A stretch of DNA of 54,771 nt, the filler included, from Jimgerdemannia flammicorona (lineage: Eukaryota): NCBI GenBank assembly GCA_003990765.1. It is 3 parts of 3 records of this genome, joined end to end, with 100 filler letters (N's around TTAATTAATTAA, not from the genome) between each part and the next. Parts side by side here need not be neighbours in the genome. Positions count along the whole stretch, not along the records: positions 18,293 to 36,483 come from RBNJ01002270.1; positions 36,584 to 54,771 come from RBNJ01002271.1; 1 more part is not named here. One strand, written 5' to 3'. Made by a program: the position numbers and the translations under genes. The notes under the pieces were generated by a model, which saw only the letters and a list, made by a program, of their open reading frames with translations, was not told the origin of the DNA and made no database searches. The stretch's first letter is position 1. The number at the start of each line of letters is the position of its first letter. This document shows, piece by piece, positions 23,643 to 36,591 of the stretch.

Positions 23643-26600
23643 GATATAGAGAGAGATATATCTTAAAGTAGTTGATATATACTGGTGTCCTCAGGGTTTG
23701 TCCATCTAAGCTTCTTAAATAGATACTGATTTCTCTGATGTTATGTACAAGATAAGATCCTTCTCATTTGGGCTCCAATTTGACAGTAAAGTTTATTTCA
23801 ACATACTTCTCTAAACTAGTACTTGATCTCTAATCTTGATCTTTTGTCTTTCTTGGCCTTTGGTAATCTGAACTTGGGCTTGATTATATAACTGTTCTGC
23901 CTTCTTGAAGAGATCTCCAAGATTCTCATAGTCAGCAGTTCTGGTTTTCTTAGCAAACATTATTTTGAATAGCTTTTGCTTGATAGAGGTAGCAGGGATG
24001 TTCTGAATTTCCCATAGGATCTCAGGTAAGCAGAGGTCCCAGTTGGTAGGATTGACTCAGATAAGTTCTTTCTTGATGGTCTGGTTCATTCTTTCTGTCA
24101 TGCCATTGGTCTGTGGGTAATATGATATAGTCTGTTTGAGGTGGATCTTGTGAACTCAGGCATAACTTGTAATTATATTATTGATGAATTCTGTGCCTCA
24201 GTCAGAGATAAGTTCTTCTAGGGGTCTATATCTGAGTGTGAGTCCATGGAGAAGGCCTACAATGGTCAAGGCATCTGCAATTTCCATTGGAAAAGCCTCA
24301 GGCCACTTGGTCAGATGTTTTACAAATATAAGGATATACTTGTTTCTTCTTGGTATAACTGGTAGATGTCACATTTCTTGAGTATATTCCAGACTTGTGT
24401 TCTGAGATTGGGCCAATATTGGTATATTGTTCACAGCTTCTTTTCTATGTTTGTCTGTCTCTGGTGGGCTTTCTGATGTTCTTTTTGAATAAGATCTTCT
24501 TGTGTCTTAATGGTCTGAGGAGCTTCCTTTAGAGTATAGTTTCTCAGGACACTCTTCTTCTGATTCATTAGAACTAGCAGGAAAGTACATCAATATTGTT
24601 GTGAGCTTTTTCTGTCTTATGAATGATGGTGATTTTGTAATCCTGAAGAATAAGGATCCAGCAGGCTAGGATTCCAGTAGGTTTCTTATAGTTGAATAGC
24701 TATTTAAGAGCTGAATAATTAGTTATTATGTAGAATGAACTTTTTTCTGATAAAGTAGTATTTGAACAGAGTAACCATCTATATAACTTTAAGATATTCT
24801 AATTTGGTACTGCCATAATTCATCTGCTGCTGATTGGTAGCTTAGCTTGCATAAGCTATCATATGGTATTATTGGTCAGGTCCTTCTTGGGCTAAAACTG
24901 CTCCCAGGCTATCTTTGGAAGTATCTATATATAAGATGAATGGTTTCTATAGATTGGGGCAGGTGAGAATTGGTGCTGTAGTCATACAGTTCTTGAGTTC
25001 CTTGAAGGCTTTTTCTTGTAACTCCATCCATTTGTAAGATACTTCTTTTTTGAGAAGAATTCAGATTGGGGTAGCAATTTGGGTGAAGTCTTTGATAAAC
25101 CTTCTATAGTAGAATACTAGCATCAGGAATGATAGTATTTCCTTTGGAGTCTTGGGTACTGACCAATTGTTGATCTTCTCAGTTTTCTTTGGGTCTATAT
25201 GAGTTCTTTCTTTTGAAACTACAAATCTAAGAAATTTGAGTTTCTGTTTTCCAAAGTAGTATTTCTTGGCATTAAGTCTCAGATGGTTCTTGCAGGTGAG
25301 CTTGAAGAATTCTTCTAGGTAATGCAGATGTACTTTAAAATTTTCTGAATAGATGTTGGAATTGTCCATGTATATAATCAAGCAGTAGTAGATCAGGGGG
25401 GCATAAACTAAATTCATCATCCTCTGGAAGGTGGGGGGTGTATTGCAAAGTCCAAAGGGTATTTGGAGGTATTCAAACAGTTTTCCTAGAGCAAGGAAGG
25501 CTGTCTTCTGAATATCATTGAGATCCATGGAGATTTCATGAAACCCTGCAAAAAGGTCTATACTGCTGAAGTATCTGGCATCTTGTAACTAGTCCAAAAG
25601 GTCATCAATTCTGGGCAAAGGATAGGTATCCTTTTTGGTAACTATATTGAGTTTTCTGTAATCTATACAGAGTCTCCATCCTCCTTTCTTTGGTATAATA
25701 ATTATAGGACTGGCCCAAGGGCTGATAGAGAGTCAGATAACTCTATTGTCTAAGAGTTCTTAAATATACTCCTTTTCAAATATTTTTAAGTAATGAGGTA
25801 TTCTATAGGGTTTCTGTTAGATGGGTGTTGCATTTCCTGTATTAATGCTATAGTAATATGATGGATTGTATAGCAGATTGCCATAATTAATGGTGAAGAT
25901 ATCTTGATATTTGTTGAGAAGTTCTACTAGTTGTTGCTGCTGTTGGGGTATCAATTCTTCTCCAATGTTGGTGGAAGGCTTCACTATCTCCTGGGTCACA
26001 GAGGGGCCTTTCCTTTCTTCTGAGACCTTTTGCTGTTTCCTGATAATTTTTTCTCTATAGGTTCAGCTGAGAAAAGACACCAGATATCCTATGATGATTC
26101 CTTTTGGCAAAATAATAATTTCTCAACTTTGGTTGATTGCTCAGGAATATACTAGATTCATCTTGTCAGAGAATGTGTGTCCTTCTATATCTAGGTGTGA
26201 AATATCTTCATTGGGTTCAAAAAAAAGATTTCTGGGGTCAGATGGTACAAAGATTTTGAAGGTGGTTTGTTCTCTAGATTCTAGAATGAGATTCTTATAC
26301 AGTTTGACTAGTTGGTAGTATACTTGCTAGGGGTTATTCCTCTTAAGATAGTTGACTTAAAGGAGATATACTTTCTTCTTATCTGAAATTCCAAATCCTT
26401 TGGCTTATCTTATTTCTTTGGTCAATTTGGAGACTTCTTGTAACTGCAGGATCTTGATCTTCATGAAGACTGCTTGGGCAATCTTCTGTTCTCTAATGAT
26501 TCAGTATCATTCTATACTACTATTATGTAGGATGACCTTGATTTCACCTATATATCCTGGATCAATAGTTCCTCCTTCTATGGTTATTCCTTATCTGGCA

Positions 26601-27449
26601 AGTTCAGATCTTAAGGTCAGTTAAATGTAAGCTCCTTGGGGTGGCTGTATAGCTAGTCTGGTTCTAATTATAAATTTCTTTCCAGGCTTGATGGATTCAT
26701 CCTCCAGACTGTGAAGATCAAATCCTATATCTTCTGGGTGAGTTTTGGTTAGGAGTTTGGCCTTGGGATATAGCAGAGCATACTGAGCAACATTCTTGCT
26801 GAGTTCAGGCTATCCTTGGACTGAGGCTCTACTAGCAGAGAGCCTCCAGACTCTGAGATTAAGGTGTGGCCATCTGGCTCCAGTAGAGGGGTCTCAATTC
26901 CTCTTCTTTCTGTAGGGTCTAGGGCTTCCATGAAGTTGGTGGCATCTTCTACCCATTCTTGGTAGATTGCATATCTGATGAGAGCTAGGATGTCTTCTCC
27001 TAAATCATAGATCTTGAGAGTCCTTCTTCCTAGCTTCTTGGTCTGGCTTTTTCAGATCTGACCTCTGTTGTCTCCTCTCTTCAAGGTATAGATTGCAACA
27101 TTCTGACTGAGGTAAATCTTCTGATGTCTGCAGTCTCAGCAGTCTGGGTGTCTTCTATGATTACAGTATCCTATTGCTCTGAAATGATATTCCTGGTTAT
27201 TGATTTCTTGTTATCTTGGAAATCAGTACCCATCTTGATCATAAGTTGGGGGAAGAGTAGACAAGGGGTATATTTCTGTTCAGGTGAAGAAGCCTTATCC
27301 TCTAAATCAACTTTGTAATCTTGTGGTAACTTCTTGAAAGATGATTGACTGTACAACTATAGTTGGGGGTTCTGATCTTTGGGGTCTCTATCTTTCTTGC
27401 TGGTTTAGTAGATGACACTAATAGCAGTAGTCTCAGAAAGAGTAGAAGA

Positions 27450-27760
27450 TGGGGTTGGGGATAGGGTGGCATGTTGGGAATGGTTACTACTGGATATTTT
27501 GAATGGCTGGTGGCAAGGGTGGGGGCCAGGTGGGGGGAGTCACAGGGGTTTGATACAGTGTATCTCCTGGAAAAGTGGCAAGAGGATTCAGATGGTATGC
27601 AACTGAGTTATCCTCTAGCAGAGAGGTGTAGAGGGTAGAGAAGTAGATCTGAGAGGTATCAGTTGAGGGAATGGGGTGATATTGTATTATTATTATTATA
27701 GATGGCAGTAATAAAGGGAAGTCCAAGTGACTATAAAAAAAAAAAAAAAAAAAAAAAAAA
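27450..27760 (+). mobile_element. Poly(A)-tailed non-LTR insertion (5'-truncated LINE 3' end or SINE/retrocopy) inside F1 copy B
   Basis: Absent from copies A and C; AATAAA 27710-27715; A26 tail 27735-27760; approximate TSD AGTAGAAGA / AGTGGAAGA. Confidence 0.85.
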
Positions 27761-30700
27761 GTGGAAGACCATCTGATGTAGATATCTTTCTAGCTGAAAA
27801 GCCCTTTCTTGATGAGTTTTTTTCTTGGGAATAATGGGGATTGTGCTGGATCCTTCTTCCATATTTCAAGAGTCATTATCATCCCAGGGAATGAGTTCAG
27901 AGACTTCTTCTTCTTTGGGTACTTCTTGTTCAGAAATTTCTTAGTCAAGAACTTCTTCTTTCTTAAATGATTCTTGGCCCCAGATTGCTTGTACTTCTGC
28001 AGCTTCAGCTGCAGATATGTCTGGAATATGTTTATATTTCTTCTTCTTCCTTCTGTACTTCAGACAGGCTGTGCCAGACAAATTCCTTATCCCAATGATC
28101 TTAAAGGAGTGCTTGGGGCACTTGTGTCTCTTGAGACAGATGGGGCATCCTTTGATTTCTCCTACAATGGCTCCAATGGTAATAGAGACAGTGTTCTTGG
28201 CCCATATATTGTCTTCTGGTCTATCATCCATTAGATTGATCCTGGGATTGAGTCTGGGATCATTTCTATCTTCAGATTCTTCTTCTTTCTCTGTAGTAGA
28301 TTCTTCACTACTGGCATATTCTTCCTGAATAGTAACCTTCTTCTTTTTCTTTAATTGCTTATAGCTGATTATCTTGGCTCTATACTTCTTGCCTTGGTAG
28401 TCAAACTTGAGTACTTATTGACTGATATCAATAACTGTATTCATTTCCTTCATCTAGTTGATATCAAGGATTATATCATAGGTGACAGCTTCAGTGATAA
28501 CAGCTTTTGGGATAGAGAACTGAATGTGTCCAAGGGAAATAATGATGTTTTATACTTCTCTAAAGGATTGAGTTCAGGCTCCATCTGCTACTATGATGCT
28601 GAGGTTGGATGGTCCATCAATGGACCATTGGAGGGTGTCCAGGAACCATTTGACAATGATACAGACTGCTGCTCCTATGTCTATGAGGATTTTTGCCTTT
28701 TGTCCTCCAATGTCTCCATATAAGTAAGTACTGACATATCTTTCTGCAGTTTGGATAGGAATAGAAGCTGGTTCTTATTGTGGGATCAGAACTTGGCCAG
28801 TGTTAGACCTAGTAGTTCTCAGCAGTTTGTTTCAGACTCCAGCTAGTATCAGTTGCAGGAACTGTAGAAGGGGAATCTCTATCTTGGCTTCTTGAATCTT
28901 CTATCAGACTTCATTATAAATACCTCTAGATATAGTCTTTAGGGTGTACTTCTTTTTGGGCTTTGGGGTAGCAGGTTCCTGTTCTTTTTATTCCATCTCT
29001 TCATCCTCTAGTAGCAACTCATTTGTCTCAGGAACAAAAGATGAGAGGGTTTGGGGAGATATTTCTATCTGCTCCTCTTTATGTTCTTCATCTTCTTCTT
29101 AGATGATTCTTCTGCTGATATTCCTGGATAGTCTTCCTATAGGTCTCTTCCTTTTCTCTGCTGGATAGACTGTTTTCTGAGTGGTAACCTTGGTAGAGTA
29201 TAAGTCTAGGTCACTGTAGTCTTTACTATTACTTGTTTCCTCGAAATCTTCAACAGAATGGGCTTCAGTCTTCTTGTACTGAGTGTCATTCCTTCAGTTT
29301 AGTGGTTCTGAGTCTTTTCAGTCACTTCTTTTGTTATTATATTCAGTAGTATAGTGTCTGAATTGTCCACAGTAAAAGCATTAGACTTGGGCTCTGTCTT
29401 GGACAGGATATCTTCTTTCTTCTTGCTGATAACTTCTTTATCTCTAGGTGGATAATCTTGGCTTCTCTGTGGTGGGTATCCTCTGTTGTCTTGGTAACTC
29501 CAATTTTCACATATGTATGGTGAGTTTTTCAATCTGTCCAACCAATCAGTCCAACTTGGAGCTGAGGTCTTGGATTTCACTCCTGTCCTTCTTTCCTTCT
29601 TTGGCTGGTCTTCTTTTCTCAGATCTCTCTTGTCCTTGAAGGAGTCCTTGTAGGGCTTTGACCAGGATGTCTTTTTTATCTCTTTCTTATCATGATCACT
29701 CCAAGTAGTTTCTTGTCTGATATCAAAGAATTCTTGGACTGCATCTACTTATTCTTTGGACCTTCTGATACCTAGATGCAGATATGCTGAGTAATGTTTG
29801 GGAGAATCTCATTCATGAAGGTCATTGGACCTATGATGTTCTGGTTGGTGGCATTGAACCCAACAGAATACATTCTCTTCTGGATTCTTGTAAAGAAGGC
29901 TCTGAGTGATTCTTCAAGATTCATCTTCATCCCTATGATGGATTATTGAGCCTTATGGTGGGTTTCATTTCCTGTATATTTTTCAATGAGCCAGTGGACC
30001 ATGGCTATATATTCTAGCTTATAAGATGCTGCTGCTTATATCTGTCTCACCAGTTCTGAATGTAGGTTATTTGCTATTTGGTAGAAAATTCCTCTGACTG
30101 GTTCTCTGAGCTGGGCCTTATAGATAGCAATTTTTCTTTCATCTGAGAGATTTCTCAGGGCTGCAATTCCTTCAATTCCATCAAAGAATTCTCTGGGGTC
30201 TTCCTCTGAGTATCCTGCAAAAGTTAGCAGTGAGGTGGCCATTTGGTTCTAGTCTGGATTCTGGTTTGAATTCTGACTCTAATTTACTTTCTGAACTATT
30301 ACTAGAGATAGGAGTACTTGGGTATCTTGAGGATGGTGTTCTGGACCTTAGACAAAGTAGAATGAGCCTAGGTATTCTTATAGGAGCTACTTTCAATTCT
30401 GTGAAGGCTGGTGATAAGAGTTCAATGAGTAAGATTAGTGGGACTGATATGGGATATCTGGCTATAAGATCCCAGACTTATATAATGAGATCTTCTAGTT
30501 CTTATACAAGTTCTTCAAATTGTCCAGCAGGGCCACCTATGTTGTCTAGTTGATCTGGTTGGAGATTTTGAACTATACTGACTTCCAGTTCTAATTGAGA
30601 TCCTTCTGATGCTAGGTAGTTAGCAAGTCTTGAGGTGATTACTTCTCTTTCTGTCCAGATACTAGTGATGACTGATTCTTCTATAGTGGTAGAGATTGGT

Positions 30701-30788
30701 GTTATATTAAATGTATCCAGTTTAACTATAGGTTCTTGTGAGCTGAAAAGTCATGTCTATTTGAAATCTTCTCAGTTAAGCCTCTAAA

Positions 30789-32183
30789 TATAATATGCCT
30801 GGCTCAATGGAGGCAAATTACAAGATTGGGAATTAATGTAGTTTGGCTTGAGCCCCCAGTTACTTTGTTAAAAGTAATAAAATATTCTTGGTGTTTAGTA
30901 GTATAATAGTCAATCTGGATATCTGTGAGTAGTTTGTGTATCAATTTCCTAATTAGGATGGTTCTCTGAGTATAGTAGTGATTTATGTGTGAATAGGTTT
31001 CCTTCTTGGGTCAACTGGGAATTGGTAGAATTTTGTATATAGTATAATGATCTCCAAAAGTATATAATTTCTGAGTGATGATCTCTTGTATAGCATGATG
31101 ATCTCTAAAAGTATGTGATTTCTGAGTGACAATCTCTTATATAGTATGATAATCTTAGCAATATTCCTTATGCAAATTTGGCAGATAACTTAGTTTGATA
31201 TAGATTCTTCTAAATCAGCTCACTGAGAATAATACTGGTGGCAGATTCTTCTGAATTGGGCTCACTGGGAACAAATAACTCAGATGTCATGGATTCTTCC
31301 TGAATCAGTAAGGTTCTCTGGAGATATAGATAACTCGAAAACAGTAGTTTCAACTGGGAAATATAACTGGTGGCTTTGGGGAAAGGGTCTCTTGGCAAAG
31401 TTACATCAAAGACTAGCTTTATTTATATGAATAGATTCACTGCAAAGTTGTATCAAAGACTAGCTTCATTTGTATGAACAGATTCACTGCAAAGTTACAT
31501 CAGAAACTGGCTTGAGCAAGATAGCTTTCTCTTAGGTAGTGGAAAAGGCAGAGATCTTCAGGCTTATCTAGCAAGTAAATCAATAGCACAGCTTATTTCT
31601 TAAGCAGCAGGTTTCTCTTCAAAAGGTGGTGAAGTTCGTTACTCAAACTTTGGTAGCAAACTCAGGCTTTGTATTGGAAAGTGGACTGGAGTAGAAAAGA
31701 AATGCTTTACTTACAATCTCCTAGCAGTGGCTGTAGAGTTCCTCTCAAAGTATAGTAGATAGACTTGTTTTTTGCTTTTGGATTCAATTTCAGACTGAGG
31801 TTTATTCACTCTTATCTCTGGGGTATTTTATACAAGTTGGTTGCTATCTAATTGCTATATGGCTAACTATAGATTTACTACTTCTGGTAATGTTTGGGTT
31901 ATCTTCTGGGTACAGATATATCTATAGGACATGAGTATGTCTGCAGGACATGAGTGTGTCCACAGGACATAAGTGTGTCTGCCAGACACAGGTGTGTCCT
32001 CAGGACACAGATAAACAACCCTGATCTGGTATTCTGGCTAATTATAAGTGTAATGGATATGAGTAACTATAATATACTGAAAGTCACATTATGTTGAGAG
32101 CCCACATCATCTGGCTAAGTATGTTAATTGTTCACATTATCTGGCTAAGTTATAATTCAGATAGTATATTTTGGTTTATTACA
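30789..32183 (-). repeat. F1 copy B 5' LTR
   Basis: Repeat of 21748-23090; inner terminus decayed to TATAATA. Confidence 0.92.
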
Positions 32184-32299
32184 ATATATATGCTACTAAA
32201 AATTCGGATAGAAATTCTGATAGAAATTCCTATTAAAATTTCTATAAAATTTCTAACTAGTAGTTATAGTTATTCAAAAGAGTATAAATATATATAGAT

Positions 32300-35200
32300 A
32301 TATCTAATATACTATATTTTGTCATAGCCTCAAATATATATAAATACTCTCTATACTAAGTATATTATAATCTTAGCTCCACTTTTCTCTCTTAAGAATA
32401 AATTAATATTCTTATCTGAGAACCCCCAGACCTGAATTATTAATAATTCTGAGTCTGATCAACTTGAAAAAGCAATTCTTAAACAAGACCTATACTATAG
32501 GTATTTTAGAACTCAGTACTTTCTCAAGAACTCAAAACTTAAAGCCAATAGTCACCATTGACTATCTGTAATATATTAATTCTATCAGTATATAGTTTTA
32601 TTACAATTGATAGCAGTAGAAGTTACTCCTCACCTATGAGCAATCTTTTTTCAAAAATATACTATAGATAATCAGAACTAGTCAATATCACTAATATTAT
32701 CAGCAATAGTCAAGAAGTACCTTCACTCTAGATACTCTTCAGACTCAAGCTAAAGAATCTAATAGAATTATCACTAAGTAGACCAAACTCATATCAGCTA
32801 AGAGAAGTTTGACAAACTTAATAATAAAATTACTTAAGAAGTATTTAATATCTTTCTTATACTTAACAAAGAAGTCTCCTATACTACTAAACTTAAAGAG
32901 AAATTTAACAAATTAATTGACAATCACTTTTATAAAAAATATACATGAGAATCCATTGAGACTATAAGTAAATATTTTCTGAATCTCATCTCCAATAATT
33001 ACTACTATAAAGCCAAGACCTTTCTGAACTATAAGAAATACTATATCTATTAAAAGAAATCTCACTTTTATTATTAAATTCTCTACACATAAGTGAAAAT
33101 AATCTAGTAATAAGAACTATAAGCTGCTAGACCTAATAAGGCTCCTGTTATATCATTCAAACCTAAGAGAATAATTGAAGAGATATCTGAATCTAATATT
33201 GGTAATCTCAGCACTATTACAGAACTACTACTAAGAATATCAAATCTACCAAAAATCACAGCAGATCCAATAGTTATTCTATCAAGACTACTAGTCTACA
33301 AGCTTACCTATCTTAGTAATATCATAGAAGAGTTAACTCCAAATCATAATTAACATAATATAATAACAGAAGAAGGACCCTAATTATCTTACCAAATAGA
33401 TAATAAAGATAGCAGAATGATATCAGCAAATGACAAAATAGCAGTACTGGCTGACTAAGTAGCTATATATTCTCAAGCTCTTTATCTCAGTATTGAAATA
33501 AATAAATTTACAAAAGGCCTCTGCCTTATACTATTCAAAGGTAAAGCAGATTAAGTAATAATATTTATAAAATAAGTTAACATCAATTATTGTACTAATA
33601 GATAGAATGACAATCAGAATCCAGATAGTATCTTCAATAATAATAAATACTATAAGATTGAAGATCTCTATACAACTGCAGGCTCATAAGTAGAGAAAGT
33701 TACTATCCATTTTATAGATATAGCTATCCAGTAGTGATACAATCTATCAATATATCCTCTTACCTGGGAAACCTATATCAAAATCAATACAAGTAAAGAA
33801 GATAATAATTATTCTAACTATAAAGTCTATCTAGCTACTGTGGGCCTAAAAGAACTAATTATCTAATAGTTTTATAGCTCTGTCCATATTGCTAAAGTCA
33901 GAACTTAGCTCAAGAACCTTTAATTTTATAATGATAGAGAAAAGAAGATATTAAAACATTTGCCATAAGACTAAAAACTCTTCTGAATACTATAAGAGCA
34001 GAATATAGCTGATGAGAATAGACCATAAATGGAATCTGAGCTGCTTACTTCTTTGATGCTATCTTTAAATAGTTATCAGGAAAAATTTGTGAATAAGGAT
34101 GACTCTATAATTATCTGTATATATAAGCAATAGTACCTAAGATAAACTGTCACCAGAGTATGTACTATATATCTCTATAGTCCAAAGATCAAGAGATAAT
34201 AGAAATAACAATAAAGAAGACAAATGACATCAATTCAAGAAGAAGTATGAACTCTGAAATGAGTCCTCAAAACTATAAGATAGATTCAAGAAACTATCTG
34301 ATAAGAAAATAGAAAAACTTATAAAGAAAGAAGTATAGTTCTACTATAAAAAGATAGGACATATATCTTACAAATACTCTGATAAGAAGACTAATATGAA
34401 TAAAGAACCATCCTCCTCATACCATTATTATGATAGGAGATAATCTCAAAAAAATCAAAATTAAGAGATTCTATATTACTAAAAAAATTTCAGATAAAGT
34501 ATATATCTGATATTAGCTATAATCTCTAATCTAGTATAAAAGTAATCATTGAACTAGATAAGTAAGTAACTATTAGCACAGATTTTGAAATGGAAGTCTT
34601 CAAAGAAACTTATATCTGCTTTATAGAAAGGAGCTATCTGGCTAAGAAAGAGAGACTCCATATAGCCAGAAGAGTTGTAGACCAAGAATTTAAAGATGAA
34701 ATCAAGATTATGCTATATAATATTAGATAAAAGACAGTTGAAATCATATATGGAAAACAGATTGCCTAAGCTATCATCAAGGTAATATATAATGATCTTG
34801 AAGTTAAAGAAACAAATAAACTATCACTCTCCAATAGAGGAGAAAAAGCTTTCAGATCAATAGAAAAGTACTCTAATAAGGCCAAGAAGAAGACTAAGAT
34901 ACAGAAGATAATCTATATTGAAGAATCTCAAAACTGAGATCAGAAATAGTATCAGTATATTACTGATAGATATATCCCTACAGGACAATATCCTTATAGA
35001 ATTAAGATATACTATTTTGAATATATAAGAGAATATATTATATATATTCTAAAAACTAAAAAGTATAAACCAACTATCTCAGAATGATAGGATGAAGAAA
35101 TCAAGAACATCAATGATAAAGATAGAGAAGCATAAGATTGAGAAGAAGGAACTATCTCAGAAATAATTATTACCTAGTAAGAAGATAATATAAAATATAT

Positions 35201-36031
35201 CTATCTCTAAGAGAAAATTGAAGGAAACTCTATTGAAGTCTTTATTGATAGTAAAGTAAGTAAGAGCTACTTTGATAAAAAAATTACTAATAAATTCTAC
35301 TTTAAGATATAGAGAAACCCAGAAGAAAACATTGCTATATATATTCAGAAATAGAACAATATAGAAATTCTTCAAGATATATAAGAATATACTTCTATAA
35401 CTTAGAAATTACACTATAAAGTAAATCTTCTATATCACATATCTCTCTGGATACAACCTCATCCTTGGAAAATCCTGGTTTACTCAGAAAAATTCTCATA
35501 TTGATTTATAAACTAATATAATCTCTCTAGGAGATATTAAGTTAAACTCAAGTATATCAAAAAGAAACCCAAGCCCTGATATAATTATTTAGATAAAAAA
35601 GCTAATTCAAAAACCAGACCAATATATTTATATATATATAGTCAAGAAAATCTTAGAAGAAGATAATAAAGAACTCTCTAAACTTCTGAAGAATAAAGAT
35701 AATAAGGAAGATAATCTCTAAGAACTACTTAAGGAATATGAAGATATTTTCCAAAAACCCCAAGAACTGTCACCTATCTGAGTAGTAGAATATAGTATTG
35801 AAACTATTTTTAGTTGAGATTCTCTCTATTATAGAATCTATTGATTAGCCTAATCTGAGCTAGATATTCTTAAGAAATAATTAGCTAAATTAGCAAGTAA
35901 AGATCTTATCTATTTATTAAAATTACTATATAGTATACTAATTCTCTTTATCTATAAAAAAGATAGAAGTCTTTACATATATACTAATTACTAAGTACTC
36001 AATAATATCCCTATCAAGAACTGATATATAC
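32300..36031 (+). mobile_element. Heavily mutated Ty3/Gypsy family F4 relic (gag-knuckle-dUTPase-Cys/His-PR-RT start)
   Basis: Knuckle relic *FYYKKIGHISYKY ~34335-34380; dUTPase relic; PR relic VFIDSK(G)..SYFD ~35240 and ILGKSW ~35460; RT start LLKEYEDIF...KKDRSL ~35725-36020. Left boundary approximate. Confidence 0.75.
34460..34862 (+). pseudogene. dut: F4 dUTPase relic
   Basis: SDISYNL, RSYLA, RVVDQEFKDEIKIML, KQIA*, NRGEKAFRS: the five motifs with transition damage. Confidence 0.8.
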
Positions 36032-36483
36032 TGTGATGGTACAGCCGAATTTGGAAGAAGGAAATAGGGAATAGACACTTGATCGTACCCATTCCCAAAG
36101 TAGTATAGTCTTATAGTTAGCAGTCCTCGATTTTGACATTGTCTAATTTCTTAGACATTATCCAAATCGAATACCCTGATTTAGCATAGCATTTAGACAT
36201 TGTCTAAATGTTTCGACAAAGTCCAAATGACTCATTTATTACTTAGCCACCCTCTCATAGCTAGCAAACTTGTATAAATAACCCAGTATCTTTGAGTGAA
36301 TAAACCTCAGATCAAAATAGTTCAAAGCAAAGAGATAGCAAAGGAACTAGTAAGCCTGCGGGCAGATACACTTCGAACTCACCCACCCTCCCCTGCAACT
36401 TCAAAAAGACTCTGCGAGAGTCAGAACAGTCAAGTTTTCAAGATACAGAAATCCGACGTACTTTCAAGAGTAAGTGTCCGCTA
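36032..36483 (+). repeat. F2-type LTR (variant U3), cut by the gap; interrupts F4 RT
   Basis: Starts TGTGATGG; reverse complement of the F2 LTR 47055-47521; retains more CpG than neighbours. Confidence 0.9.
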
Positions 36484-36583
36484 NNNNNNNNNNNNNNNNN
36501 NNNNNNNNNNNNNNNNNNNNNNNNNNNTTAATTAATTAANNNNNNNNNNNNNNNNNNNNNNNNNNNNNNNNNNNNNNNNNNNN
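36484..36583. other. Assembly gap linker
   Basis: N-run/TTAATTAATTAA/N-run. Confidence 0.97.
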
Positions 36584-36591
36584 AAAAAAAA

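Larger units (their letters stand above)
21748..32183 (-). mobile_element. Full-length F1 copy B, more degraded, different U3 subtype
   Basis: LTRs at 21748-23090 and 30789-32183; ATAT on both flanks; PPT complement at 23091; PBS complement ~30769-30788; RT ORF 25061-25528; gag ORF 30036-30242. Confidence 0.95.

Noticed and set aside
32197..32256. 12-bp tandem repeats (AGAAATTCTGAT-like), similar at ~41416
   Set aside because: Too degraded and AT-rich to assign; possibly an F4 LTR remnant.
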